A stretch of 64,000 nt of DNA, taken from Stegostoma tigrinum (Eukaryota). The stretch's first letter is position 1. Each line of letters opens with the position of its first letter. Where the stretch lies: the NCBI RefSeq assembly GCF_030684315.1, contig NC_081360.1, positions 23,787,033 through 23,851,032 of the forward strand, read 5' to 3'. Both the position numbers and the translations under genes were made by a program. Shown here one piece after another: positions 49,777 to 62,319 of the stretch. The notes beneath the pieces are model-generated. The model was not told the DNA's origin, made no database searches, and saw nothing but the letters and a program-made list of their open reading frames with translations.

Positions 49777-50100
49777 GGGGCAGCTTTGTAACTCAGTGGT
49801 TAGCACTGCTGCCTCACAGCATTGGGGTCCAGGTTTGATTCCAGCCTCTGGTGACTGTCTGTGTGGAATTTGCACATTCTCCATGTCTATTTGGGTGTCC
49901 TCCAGCTGTTCTGGTTTCCTCTAGCAGTCCAAAGATGTGCAGGTTGGTTGGCTTGGCCATGCTAAATTGCCCATAGTGTGTTGGGTAGCTCGATTAGCCA
50001 TGGGAAACGCAGGATTCTGGGGTAGGGTCCGTCCGGGTGGCATGCTGTTCGGAGGGTCAGAGGGCCGCATGGTCTGCTTCCAGACTGAAGAGATTCTCTG
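49777..50100 (+). mobile_element. HE1-type SINE
   Basis: Same head and V-domain as 1937-2232. Confidence 0.85.
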
Positions 50101-50643
50101 GTTCTTGCAAGTCACAGGTACTTGTTAAAAGAATAACGATGCAGTAATCTTACATATATCTTATATTACCTATTTGCATGATTGTCTGCTTTCTCCATAA
50201 TTACACTGACCATGATTTTTACAAAAGTTGAGTGACAAACCATTTGTATTAATTGTAAGGATTTCAGAAAATTGAACCACTCTTATCATTCTTGCTCACA
50301 ACAAATCTTGGGCTGGATCATTACAGGTTCCTGCCTTCTATTTTACCAATGGGAATCTACTTTGGGAATGGAGGCAAAATATTTGAAACTTGATGTTAAT
50401 AGAAGCTATGATTTTTAAAAAAACTTCATATTTGTCAAAGGATTATAATGACACTTCAACTGTGAAGTAAGTTGCGTAATGCCTGCTGTTGACTTCTGCA
50501 ACAGATACAGTCACTGGCCTTGGTTGACATTATAATTTCTTTTAAAATGTGGGTGAGTTAGTGACAGAATAAAGTAAAGCCAGGAAGATGCGCATCTCAC
50601 TGCTATTTTTTCCCCTCCTTTATTAACCAATGGCATCATCCAG

Positions 50644-50740
50644 AAGGAAAAAAATTTCAGATGCTAACTCAGGCGTTCATGGTTCGGTTGTACGACGATC
50701 AGTCCTTAAAGGAGTTTCTGCGCAAGTGGTGTCTGCAGCA
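50644..50740 (+). CDS. VPS8: VPS8 exon (RKKISDANSGVHGSVVRRSVLKGVSAQVVSAA)
   Basis: Acceptor catccag (tandem CAGAAG), donor GCA|GTAAGT; 97 bp, phase 2 to 0. Confidence 0.92.
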
Positions 50741-50904
50741 GTAAGTATCTCTCTTTGCTTCTCTGGAAATTATTTTACATATTTCCTCGGTGATGGAGAA
50801 AGATGCAAGGAATTGTGTCTTTTGGCTAAGCATGGTTTGGTTCCTACTTCATTGTAAGTCTCGTGTGTTGGTCGTGATATCTGTTTTCCTGTTTTTGGTC
50901 GAAG

Positions 50905-51612
50905 GAACCTGGAGAGTCAATACAACATAACGGGTAATATGCTAAAGGATGTGCAGGAGTGGAGAGAACTAGTTGCATTTGTGAGTAAGTCAATAAAGGT
51001 GGCAGGACAGGCAGAGCTAGCTGTTAAAGCCACGCAGCATTGCCAGCTTCATTAAACAGGGCATAGAGTACAAGCGCAGGGAGATTATGGTGAACTCAGA
51101 TAGGACACTGATTAGATATCAGCTGGAGTATTCTGTTCACTTTTGGAATATTCTATAGGAAGAACGCTAATGCATTGAAGAGAGTGCAGAAGAGGTTTCC
51201 AAGGATGAGAATCTTCACTTATGATGATAGAGTAGAGACTTGTGTTTTTGTTTTGGGAAAGGAGAATAAAATATTTGATACAACTTTCAAAATATTGAGG
51301 GGTCTATATGGAGTAGAGAGAAATTGTTCTTGCTCATAAAAAGATTGAAAACCAGGAAATTATGTTTTTAAAGTATTTTGCAAACTAAACAGACATGAAG
51401 CGAATAAAAACCCTGTGACAGGTGAGTAAAAACATTTTCTCATAGTGAATAGTTAGAGTCTGTAATGCACTACCTGGAAGTGTGGTGAAGGAAAGTTCAA
51501 TTGAGATCCTTGAGAGGGCATTGGATGATTATTTTATTTAAACAATGCTCATGGCTTTAGGGAAACGCGGTAGATTTTCTCATAAATGGGCTAATTTCCT
51601 CCTGCACTATAA
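50905..51612 (+). mobile_element. Old CR1 3' fragment
   Basis: Degenerate RGIEYK, QLEY.V.FW, RVQKRF and .NALP remnants. Confidence 0.7.
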
Positions 51613-52372
51613 TATTTTGTAAATTGGAATCAGAAGGAGAGGCAAAAAAATGGTTAAAACCAATTCATATTTTTGTCATCTTCAGCAATTAAAACTTGAT
51701 GGAATAAAATTCCAGACTTGTAACAGTTAATTTTCAATACCTGTAAATAACATCAGATTCATTGTTAAATGGGTAAGAACGTTAAGAATAAGTTTCCTTT
51801 CAACCTTCCCACGGTATCCCTACATCCATTATTAACCAAATCTTGATTGGTTTTTGTCTTGCATATACCCAGTTTCGTGTTCTCTGTCTTGTGGGTTTGA
51901 AAATACCATGAGGTCCGTTACCTTTTAACTGAGTGACGAAATTTCATTACTTGGACAGAAATGGACAGGACTTAATTATTTGTAATGCATTTATCTTGCA
52001 TTTTCCACACAAGTAGAGTATCTTCAAGATGTTAAATGTGTTTAATTTGGAGGCAGACAGCAAGGTAATGCTTTTATGAAGCTAACAGTTGAATAGCACG
52101 ACAGGGACAGAAAGCTTTGGATTTCTATTTTCAGCTGTATATTTAACACTAATATTTACACCTGAATACTAGTAAGCATCATTAATCCTACCATCATTGA
52201 CAGAAATGTCTGGTTTGTTATCTTGTGTATAACTTACACATCCTCCTGTTTAGTGATCTGATATTTGTTTTTTAATTTAGTCACATTAATGACACTGTGC
52301 ATTTTGAATACATTTGTTAGTCAGTGCGGTGGGATTATTCCTTAGTCAAAATTTCAACATTTTATTTTACAG

Positions 52373-52405
52373 GATAGAGTAGATGCAGGATTGCCCACTG
52401 CTGTT
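52373..52405 (+). CDS. VPS8: VPS8 micro-exon (DRVDAGLPTAV)
   Basis: Acceptor tttattttacag, donor GTT|GTAAGT; 33 bp. Confidence 0.92.
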
Positions 52406-53559
52406 GTAAGTACAAGACTGCACAATCATACAAGCCTAAATGATTATACTGATATAAACATTTTATTAAAGCATAGAATTTACATATATGTGTCAGTCAG
52501 CAAATGGGAATTATTGAGAGGCAAGTGAAATTGGTTATTTTATGAGCTGGATCTGTTTAAAATAATGACAACACAAGGTATGATTGTAAGTTAATGAAAA
52601 TTTGTGCTTTTAATTTTCCGTATAGAGCATATTACAGTGGTCAGACAATAATTAAGTGGTTAATGTCTTTAGTTGCTGAGTAGCTCAGAGGACTCAATGT
52701 TTATTTAACCTATGCCTCTTTCACCTGCCAATTAGCAGTCGTTGGGCTATTAAATGGAAGGACCACTATTGTGTTCAGCTGTCTGCCTCAAAACCAGACT
52801 GGTATTTGCACTATGTGATTGGTGAACGTTTGTTTCTTCTGACAGTAGTTTTGATTTGATGTGATTTCATCGTTTTTCTCAACATTGGTTTCAGAGAATC
52901 TCCCCAGCAAAACTGTGTTGAAAATGTTTTACACTAGCTGTCGATGCCTTTTGTCAAAATCCAGGATGTTAGCTTTCCAGTTCTGTTTATTCCAATGAAC
53001 CATATACCATGAAACTCTCAAACCTCCTGTCTGACACTTCTGAATATGTGTTTAATGCATACTTAACTGGGTTGGACACTACCACTGCACCTCTTTTATA
53101 GTTACTTTAACGAACTTGTTCAGAGATATTACTACACACCTCTGGAACAGGTGGGATTTGAACCCAAGCGTCCTAGCTCAGAGGTAGGGATGCTACCCCA
53201 ACACCACAAGAGTTCTTTATATGTGCATATATTTTCATATACATTTGATAGCTCCCAAGTATTTTAACATCCTAATAACAGAATTAGATACCATGAGGAG
53301 AGATGCTTATTAATGTTGCTGTGGCCTGAGAATACCTGGTTCCATTTTCAGACTGGCTCATCTCAAAGCAATGCTTAGCTTTGGAGTCAGGCCTTCTAAC
53401 AGTGCATTTTCAAACAGCACTCAGTGCTGTGACTTGTATGAAGGGAGGCAAAGGTTGAAACAGAATTCACTAGTTATTTTTGGGGGGATTTTGTTTTTGA
53501 ATGGAGCTTAAAAGTAGGAAATGAATTAAAGCAACATAACTAGAATCGATGGAACTTTC

Positions 53560-53800
53560 TTTTAAATTCACTCGTGGGGCATTGCTGGTTGGGCCAGCAT
53601 TTACTGAGTCTCTAGTTGCCCTTGAGAAGGTGGTGATTAGCTCCCTTTTTGAACCACTGTGTTCCATCTGCTGTGGGTAGACCCATGATGCTATTAGGAA
53701 TTGAACTCCAGGATTTTGACCCAATGACACTGAAGGAACAGCGATATGTTTCCAAGTCTGGTCGGTAGGTGATTTGGAGGCAAATTGCAAGCGGCGTGTT
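53560..53800 (-). mobile_element. 3' end of a second LINE family (KSWNSLP type); another copy at ~57700-58030(-)
   Basis: Both copies share ccaggattttgacccag.gacactgaagga and gcccttgagaaggtggtg; minus-strand translation includes VKSWNSLPDSTVG. Confidence 0.65.
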
Positions 53801-53932
53801 CTGATATCCTTAGAAATTATGGTATTTGAAGTGCTCAGGATTTCATCTTTGCTGGAACAGGAAAAAACATTTTGAAGCCAAGAATTTCTAAATGTACTTG
53901 TTTATTTTTAAAAACCCTTTTTGGTTCTCTAG

Positions 53933-53987
53933 GTTGTATCAAATGTAATAGCAGTGGGAACATCACATGGACTGTCACTTGTATTTG
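53933..53987 (+). CDS. VPS8: VPS8 exon (VVSNVIAVGTSHGLSLVF)
   Basis: Acceptor ttctctag, donor G|GTAAGG; 55 bp, phase 0 to 1; WD40-like IAVGTSHG. Confidence 0.93.
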
Positions 53988-56900
53988 GTAAGGTAGAAAT
54001 CTTCCACCGTCTTTCTAACCGTTCATTTACTTGAAGTGAAAAACAAATGATGGTTGTAGTATTGAACTGAAAATTCTTCTACCTGCTAATAATCTGCATT
54101 CTGAACTCTGCTTAAGCCTGTGTTGTGATGTATTTTCAGGAACTCTTGCCTGCATTTACAATTTAACGATGCAAATTTATGTTGCATGTTACTTTAGTAG
54201 TTCTCTTGAAAATTGTACAAAAATAATTAATGGGGACTGTTGCTTCAGTTGTGTAATTATAGCAAATTGTTGCTGTAGGAGGACATGGCATGGATTCTTG
54301 CAGAACCCATGATATTTTGTCCAATAAAGTGAGCACTAGAAAATATGGGCTGTGGATTTTTGATTTTCTAATATGTTACTTGTGGAGGTGTTGGAGGGGG
54401 GGGCATCCTGACAGGACTTGATTGTGGAATTTGCCCAAATATTAAGATGGTTTCCTTTGAAATAGCTTAAGAAAGTCTCTGATATTTAAAAAAATCCTGA
54501 TCATGTGTTGTCTTTTTTTTCGCACATTGATCACACACATGTCCTCTATGCACGTACCTGTAGGTTCTCGGCTTATGTGGCCTTTTAAATTGGTTGCGCT
54601 GAGTTGGGTGAAGGTAACTTCCCTCACTGATTTTGCACAATCACTGTGGGGAACTATCCAGTTACCACTTGCACAAGATTGAGAGATCAATAGAGTAGAT
54701 CAGCAATTCTTATATTTCAATTGGATTTTGAAAAATGAGTGTCATGGGCATGGGGTAATGCTATTTTGGCAACACTCTGTCATGACCATTTTGCAGTTGG
54801 AATCTGAAATTCAGGATTGTCAACATAACTCCAAATTTCCATGTGCGTTCCAGAACAGAAAGTAACAGTAAATAAAAATGCAAGTGCATTGGATTCCCTT
54901 TGATTTTGCAACATGTATAATGGAAAGTATTTTGCGTGAGATCACATTTTAATTTTTAGATTACATTTCTATATTAGAAGGCTTCTGGTCCAAGTAGACT
55001 GAATGATGTGGTGTTGCGCTTTTAGGATAAACAAAGTGATCTGTATTCTAAAATTAGAGCTGATTGAGAAACCAGTAACAAACGATTATTATTCATTTAA
55101 ATAATAATTTGCATCATCACTATGAATGCATTGCTTTTGGAGTACAATGATTTGTGATGTGCGCTATTCTGTTTGTCATTTTCACTGTACTTGAAGTGTG
55201 AGCTTCGCTTAGTATTGTGGACTTGTGCCACTGAATCAGACGTTTGCATGTTCAAAGCTCATTTCAGAATGTGTGACTGCATAATTTTATGCTGCCAGGA
55301 ACGTAGAGTCTTAAGGAGATGCAGCAATGCTGTCTTTTAAATGAAATTCTGTTTTCTGTTTTAGATACAAAAAAAGTTCAGTACTGCTTTTTACAGAGAG
55401 AGTAAAATGTTTCCAAACCAATTTTTCTCCCATAAATGACCATATCAGAATTAATTATTCAGTCTGTCATCTCTGTGAGATCTTTGTATGAAAGCTGGAT
55501 GATATTTTTGTTCAAAAGAAAAGTACTCCAAAAGTAATTTGGGGAAGCATTTTGAGATTGTGTAAAGTAACGTAATGTGGTTGCATACGTCCAACTTTTT
55601 TTTTCTGATTATGAAGCACAAGTGTGTACAATGATATGACTTGTTTGCATTCTTTTGATGTGAAATAATACATTTATGGAAGGTAATTTAGCTGCTTGTA
55701 TTTTCTCTTGACTTTGTACAGAGATGCTTCCTGTAATATTGCGCCATCCTTTCTGATTTGCTGTTTTTCTTCTGTGTGCAGAGTGTTATGTTCTCCTATT
55801 ATAGAGAAAAGGTTTATCAGTTTTTTAGTGATGTATGCTGATGATGCTGAACACTGACTTGTGGTCTCTTCTTTCTCCTCCTGTCCTCGTGGATATAATA
55901 GGAAAAGGTACAGAACACAGAGTTGTGGGTGTACCTTGGGGTTTGCTTGTTTTTATTATAGACAATTTGCTGCTTCCATAAACAGCACGAAATGGGATTG
56001 TGTCTGCTGGTATCATAGGTTGCAAAATTCTTAAGAATATTGTCCATGAATTTGATCTGTTTTCAATCTGTTCAGATGTTTTTACTATGCAAATACAATG
56101 GGTATATACCATAGGTGAACAATATGTATAAAGGAATTCTAACCACAATATTCAGGTTTCTGATCTTTATATTCTTTATTGTAAATGTTGAGAAAGTAAT
56201 GATATTTTCTTTTTAATCTGGATTTAAACCCAAAAGATAGAAGGCGCTGGGGATAATTTTATTATTATCATAACAGGAGAGCACTGGCCCAGAAAAAAAA
56301 ACAACTTTGATTTGCCTAGTAGCTTTAAAATTGAAGCAATCAGTAGAGCACACAATTCACTGCTTGCACCCTTCAGTTGTTTTTATTTGTTAAATGTCTG
56401 CAAAACTCCTGGAAAAAAAAAGTGAAGGTGTAATATTCACCTTTCAGGACAGCCTCTTCCAAACTCGCCACTCTGTGTAAATTATACATTCATATGTCTG
56501 ATTTGTTCATTCATCTCGCCTATTTCATCTTTGTTCACTGCACTCTTTTTGCCATTTTTAAGGCAATGCAATCTACATCCCCCTACCATAACTGGCTGGT
56601 CAGTTGAACCTGAACAGTCCACTTCTGTTAACTGAATGTTTCTTAATTCAAATTACTGTGTAATTTCTTTTGGAATACAAAGTAAGCTTCAAATAAGAGG
56701 AAATATACTTGAATAAGGTCTGCTATTAATCCTGCCTTTTCTGTTACAAGTCAACTTGGCTTCTACAGATCTCTTTGTAGTTGGATGTTTACCTGTGGGT
56801 ATTAGATATGGAGCTAGTTCATCCTTCTCAATGCCACAACATCCTTCCTGAAATATTATGACCAAAGCACATTCAACGTTACATCTTGTATTCCATATTC

Positions 56901-58483
56901 TATGCAGCCCAAGATCCTATTGGCCAAATGATTCTGCGGCACAGCAATTGTTGCTGCTGCACACTGTACTGTTGGTTTCAGTGATGAATAATAGGAAGAA
57001 TTACATTTGTTACCATACGTTTGTAACATTTTGCAGCTGTAATACTCCTTTACTGCCAAGCATAGCCATATGCTTCCTGCACAGAATTGATGAATTAGCT
57101 GTTACTATAGATTTGGAGTGAGAGGAAGAGTAGTAGATTGTTGTTGGTAAATTTTGACATATTTGAAATTATTGTATGTTGCGTTTTCTCATAAAACAGC
57201 TTCTTTCAACCATTGCTAAAGTTTTGTTAAAATAATTGTAGAATGAATGATATTCTGGCAGTGTAAGAATTTTATCTCCTTGAATAGCTGTTAGTGGTTT
57301 TGTTACTGGTCTCTTGTGCTGATTTTCTGGACATCTCAATTTCTGCTCAAGAATTTTTTTCAAGATTCAAGCAAAAACAAAGTACTTAATTATCAACAGA
57401 TTTATTTTTGTAAATGATTTTTTTCAAATGAATTATATGCTTTAAAATGCTTGCAGTATCTGTGCAAGAGAGAGTAGCAGTAGTTTGTTGATATAAAAGC
57501 TGTTTGTTTAAAAAAAAATTCTCATTTAGGATGCTCGCGTGTAAGTTAGATTGCAACAATGTGACAGATTTGAAGTTCACCTAATTTATAAAATGCAATG
57601 GTATAATCTGATATTGCAGATTTTCACCACATTAAGGCCATTTCCTCCATACTTTAATTCAAATTTATTTCCATCACATACCTGCTTTCTAATATTGACC
57701 TTTTTTATTATTCAGTCATGCAATGTAAGTTTTTATTGCCCATTTCCAATGCTCTTGAAAAGTTGGTGGTGAGCTGTCTTCTTGAATCCCTAGAGTCCAT
57801 TTGGTAATGGTACCCTACAGTGCTGTCAGGAAGGGAATTCCAGGACTTGACCCAGCAACACTGAAGAAACAGATATATTTTCAAGGCGACATAGTGAGAA
57901 CTTGGAGAGGAATGTGCAAGTGGAGGTGTTTTCATGTAACTTCTGTCTTTGTTCTTCTACATAGCAGTGATCATGGGTTTGGGCCATGCTATCGAAAGAA
58001 ACTTGATTCATTTCTGCAGCGTATCTTGTAGGTACGAGCAGCGGTCTGCATTGTGCATTGGTGTAGACCATTTCTCCACCTCTCTCACAGAGAAGGGCTT
58101 TAGATCACAATGCTTCTCCAAAATTTGCTGTTAATTAGAAAACTGTTATATTTTAAATGAAGTTGGATAATATCTCAAAAGAAGGAATGTAAAAAACAAT
58201 GAAAGCAAAATATTGTGTATACTAGAGCTCTGAAATATAAGTTGGTAGCCCTGGAGAAACTCGGTAGATCGAGGAGCATTGGTGAAGAGATTATGCATTT
58301 TTGAAATAAGAATAGAACACATTCAAAAGTTCTGACCGATGAGGCAGCATCTATTGGGAGATAAATGGGTAATATTTCAGGTCACTTATCTGCTGAGTAT
58401 TTCTGGCATTTCTGTGTATATATTTGAAATCTTGGCTTTGGTTTCAGAACTAGAAATTGAAATGGTCCAGTGAAAACCTTTAA

Positions 58484-58665
58484 GATTAGATTAGATTCCC
58501 TACAGTGTGATAACAGGCCCTTCAGCCCAACAAGTCCACACTGCTGCTTGAAGCATCCTACCCAGACCCATCCCCTTATAACCCACACACCCCTGAACTC
58601 TACAGGCAATTTAGCATGGCCAATCCACCTAGCCTGCACATCTTTGGACTGTGGGAGAAAGCCGC
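58484..58665 (-). mobile_element. Partial HE1-type SINE (3' half)
   Basis: ttagattagattccctacagtgtg tail and ctgcacatctttggactgtggg. Confidence 0.8.
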
Positions 58666-58689
58666 TGCACTGATAGTTGTGGCACATTG

Positions 58690-60645
58690 CAGATCACAAG
58701 CCTCTAGTCTGAAAAGCGCCACCATAAGTCTCCTTCTTTCAACCCAATTTTGTATTCAGTTGGCTAGCTCCCCCAGAGACATGTGATCTCACCTTACTGA
58801 CTAGTCTGCCATGCAGAACCTTGTCAAATGCTTTACTGAAGTCCATAAAGACAATATCTCCAGCTGTGACTTCATCAATCTTCTTTGGCACCTCTTCAAA
58901 AAATACTCAATCAAGCTGGAACAAAAACAAAGTTGCTGGAAAAGCTCTGCAGGTCTGGCAGCATCTGTGAAGGACAAAACAGAGTTAATGTTTCAAAATG
59001 TTAACTCTGTTTTTTCCTTCACAGATGGTACCAGACCTGCTGAGCTTTTCCAACAACTTTGATTTTGTTCTTGATTTACAGCATCTGCAGTTCTTTTGGC
59101 TTTCAATCAAGCTGGAGTTGATTTCCCATGCACAAAGAAATGCTAACTATCCCTAATCAACCCTTGCCTTTCCAAATGCATGTAACCCCTGTGCTTCAGA
59201 ATCCCCTCCAACGACTTATCCAGCATGGATATACGGTTCACCTTATAGTTCCCTGTAGCCTTTCTTAAATAATGGCACCACCTTAATCAACCTCCAGTCT
59301 TGCAGCACCTCATCTGTGGCTATTGATAGTAGAGATGTCTCAATAAGGGGGTCTAGTAAGGGGTCTCTTGCCTGGCTCCCCACAAAGTTCTAGGAAACAT
59401 CTGATCAGGTCCCAAGGACTTTTTCTACCCGTATGCATTTTAAGACCTCCAGGACCTCCTCTTCTGTAAGATGGGCACTTTTCAAGATTTCACTACTTAT
59501 TTCCCCAGGTTTTCTGGCTCTAATGACCTCTCCACAGTGAATACTGACATGAAATACTGGTTTAGTATCTCATCAGTCTCCTTTGGTTCCGCACGTAGAT
59601 GGCCTTGTTGATCATGGAGGGGCCTTATTCTCTCCATAGTTATTCTTCTGCCCTTGATGTATTTGTAGAATATCTTTGGATTTTCCAGAACTCCATTTGC
59701 CAAAGCTGTCTCATGCCCCCTTTTCCCCTCTCGATTTCCCTCCAATGTATACTGTTATTGCCCTTATACCCTTAAAGGGATTCACTTGATACTAGCTGTC
59801 TGTATCTGATAAATGGCCCCTTCCTTTATTTTTGACCAGATCCTCAATTTCTCCAGACATCCAGCATTCCATTCACCTACCAGCCTTGCCCTTCACTCAA
59901 ATAGAAACATACTGTCTCTGAACTCTCATTATTTCATTCTTAAGGCCCTCCCACTTCCCAACTCTCTCTTTACCTGTGAATAGCATCCCCCAAACAACTA
60001 TTGAATGTTCTTGTCTAATACCATCAAAATTGGCCTTACTCCAATTTAGAATTTTAACTTTTGGTTATGTCTGTCCTTTTCCATAACAATTTTTGAAACA
60101 TAGAATTATGATCACTTACCTTAAGGTGCTTTCCCATTCTTATCTGTCACTTGCCCTGCCTTATTTCCCAAAAGAAGATCAAGAATTGCTCCTTCCCAGG
60201 TAGCTACACCCACAAGTCCAATAAGAATATTTTCTTCCACACACATAACAAATTCCTCCCCATTCAAGCCCCTAGCTCTGTAACAGTCCCAGCCTATGTT
60301 TGGAAAGTTACAATCCCCTATCATTTCAACTTCACTTTCCTTACAGATGTCTCAGATCTCCTCCTTACATATTTATTTCTCAACTTCCTGCTAACTATTG
60401 GGAGGCCTTTAATATAATCCCAACATTGTGATCATCCCTTTCTTATTTTTAAGTTCCACCCACATAACTTCACTGGACCATGTCCCAGGAATAACCTCCC
60501 TAACTAGAGCAATAATATAAAGCCTTATCAAAAGTGCTACTTCTCTTCCTCTCTTGCCTCCTTTTCTATCCTTCCTACAGCACTTGTACGCCAGAACATT
60601 AAACTGCCAGTCCCCTCCATCTCTGAGCCACATTTCTGTAGTTAA
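58690..60645 (-). mobile_element. Decayed CR1 LINE (endonuclease to RT), with nested fold-back element
   Basis: RKDRKGGKRG..VALLI, EV.WVELKNKKG, IGD.NFPNI.W, LDLLLGN, ENPKIFYKYIK remnants. Confidence 0.88.
58921..59102. mobile_element. Penelope-derived fold-back element (family B) with 14-bp TSD
   Basis: ~65-bp arms around ttaatgtttcaaaatgttaa; TSD tcaatcaagctgga at 58907-58920 and 59103-59116. Confidence 0.88.
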
Positions 60646-61184
60646 TACAGTATCTATGATGAATATCTTACCTTGCTTTCAACCTAAATTGGCATTTTTA
60701 ATTTTGTAAAAAAATGCAATGAAGTTTTAGGTTGGAAAATCAGAAGTTAATTGTCCATGTTTATGGCTACTTCTGAGTCAAACCATGAATTGCAGGCTTA
60801 CAGAAGAAAGTGAAAATAAAAAAAAGGCAAAAATCTAAAATAGAAGGTAAAATGTCTACTTTGCTCAGGATTTATAGTAGGATAATGGATGCTAAAGAAG
60901 ACTTTTAAGATTTCTAGTTGAAAAAAGGATTGTTTCCACCCAAACGTGTGATTACCACATGGTACTGTTTTTATATTTGCTTTTTTTTAAACTCTACTCG
61001 TTTTTTTAGAAATGTGGACAACAATAGGCCATTTAGGTTATCAAGTCATTTTCTTCCAGTTCTGCAATTCATTCTTTCATGGAATGTACTCATCTCATGA
61101 AATGTTTTAGAACATTTACCCCACTCTTCTCCTGAAAGTAAATTGAGACAGAATGCAGATTAAGTTTCAGTTGTTGCTGAGCAC

Positions 61185-61775
61185 ACAGCTATCTCGCCTC
61201 TGAATAATAAGGTTGTGGGTTCACACGTCACTTTAGAGCATGTATTCTGAACTGAGTTTGGTGCTTTAGTGCAGTAGTGTTGCACTACTAGAGCAGTTGT
61301 CTTTCGGACAGGATGTTAAATAAAATCTGCCTTTACATGTACGCATAAAAGATCTCTTGAGGAGTAGGCGTGTGCTTGTTTCCTAGACAACATTAGAATT
61401 TTTTATGGTTTGGATACAAATTCAGTTTTAGCCTTCAGAATGGAATTGGATTAATATTTGGAAAAGGCAAATGATTGAATATGGGGAAGGGAAGTAGGAG
61501 TGGGACCAGCTAGAATGTTCTTTGAAAGAACTTGGGTCAAATGGCCTCATTATGTGCTGTACTTCTCTGTTATTCTATGATTTATCCCGCCAGCAGCATC
61601 TAAAAATCAGATGGTTTGCTCGTTTATTTCACTACAGTGGCACAAGTGTGCTGCCTTCACTTGCCCATTATGTTTCACACATTACAACAGCGACTACAAT
61701 TTAGAACTGACTATAATTCATATGTTGGAAAAAGATAGACTTCAGGGATCTTGAAAGGTGTTCTATAAATGCAGT
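61185..61775 (+). mobile_element. Decayed Deu-type SINE interrupted by a CR1 3' tail (~61410-61580)
   Basis: aaggttgtgggttca head, gtctttcggacaggatgttaaa core, cattacaacagcgactaca...ttctataaatgca tail. Confidence 0.55.
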
Positions 61776-62194
61776 GAATTTCTTCAGTTGCATGCCTATC
61801 TTGCGCACCTTTGCTGGGGTTGTGGAAAGTAGTTTATTAGAAATAACCACTGTCATAACATTAAATATACTGTTTTTAATCACGAGGTCCCTTATCAAAC
61901 CATGCAACTTCTTCCAAATAGAATTAATAAATTTTATTTTTGCTATGTATTCAGTTTTATAAGAAACTCAAAGACCTTGTGGGCAAAATCTTTTCCTTGG
62001 GAGTTTAACATCTGATATTCTCTGCTGTTCTTTGAAGCAAAGGTTGCTCTAAGAAGTCCTATAAAATTTAAATTGAGCTACTAATTGGATGCATGAGTGG
62101 TACCTGTGGTGTTCTGTGCACAGCCTTAGAAGAGAGAGATGTGTAACTAAGTGATAAAGTTTCCTTCTGTTTCTGAGAGGTGTTTGACTTTCAG

Positions 62195-62319
62195 ATCCAA
62201 ATCAGGCTCTGCGGTTGTGTCTGGGGAGCACAGCAGTTGGGGCTCAATATGGAGCGGTGTCTGCGCTTAGTATCAACAGTGATTGCACACGGCTCCTCTG
62301 TGGTTTTGCTAAAGGACAG
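62195..62319 (+). CDS. VPS8: VPS8 exon (DPNQALRLCLGSTAVGAQYGAVSALSINSDCTRLLCGFAKGQ)
   Basis: Acceptor gactttcag, donor CAG|GTAAAC; 125 bp, phase 1 to 0. Confidence 0.95.

Larger units (their letters stand above)
43327..62319 (+). other. VPS8: Gene span (coding part visible in window): vacuolar protein sorting-associated protein 8 (CORVET subunit); continues beyond the window
   Basis: Spliced product includes DDKEFDIPQVDTPPTLESILNE, EDESFILEDP, SSDSGDRTNLKR, HGSV.R.S.LKG.SAQ.VSAAD.VDAGLPTA, IAVGTSHGL and NQALRLCLGST...LLCGFAKGQ, all recognisable as vertebrate VPS8. Confidence 0.93.

Noticed and set aside
53988-53998. Second donor (GTAAG|GTAGAA) after the VPS8 IAVGTSHG exon
   Set aside because: It would add 5 nt and shift the frame.
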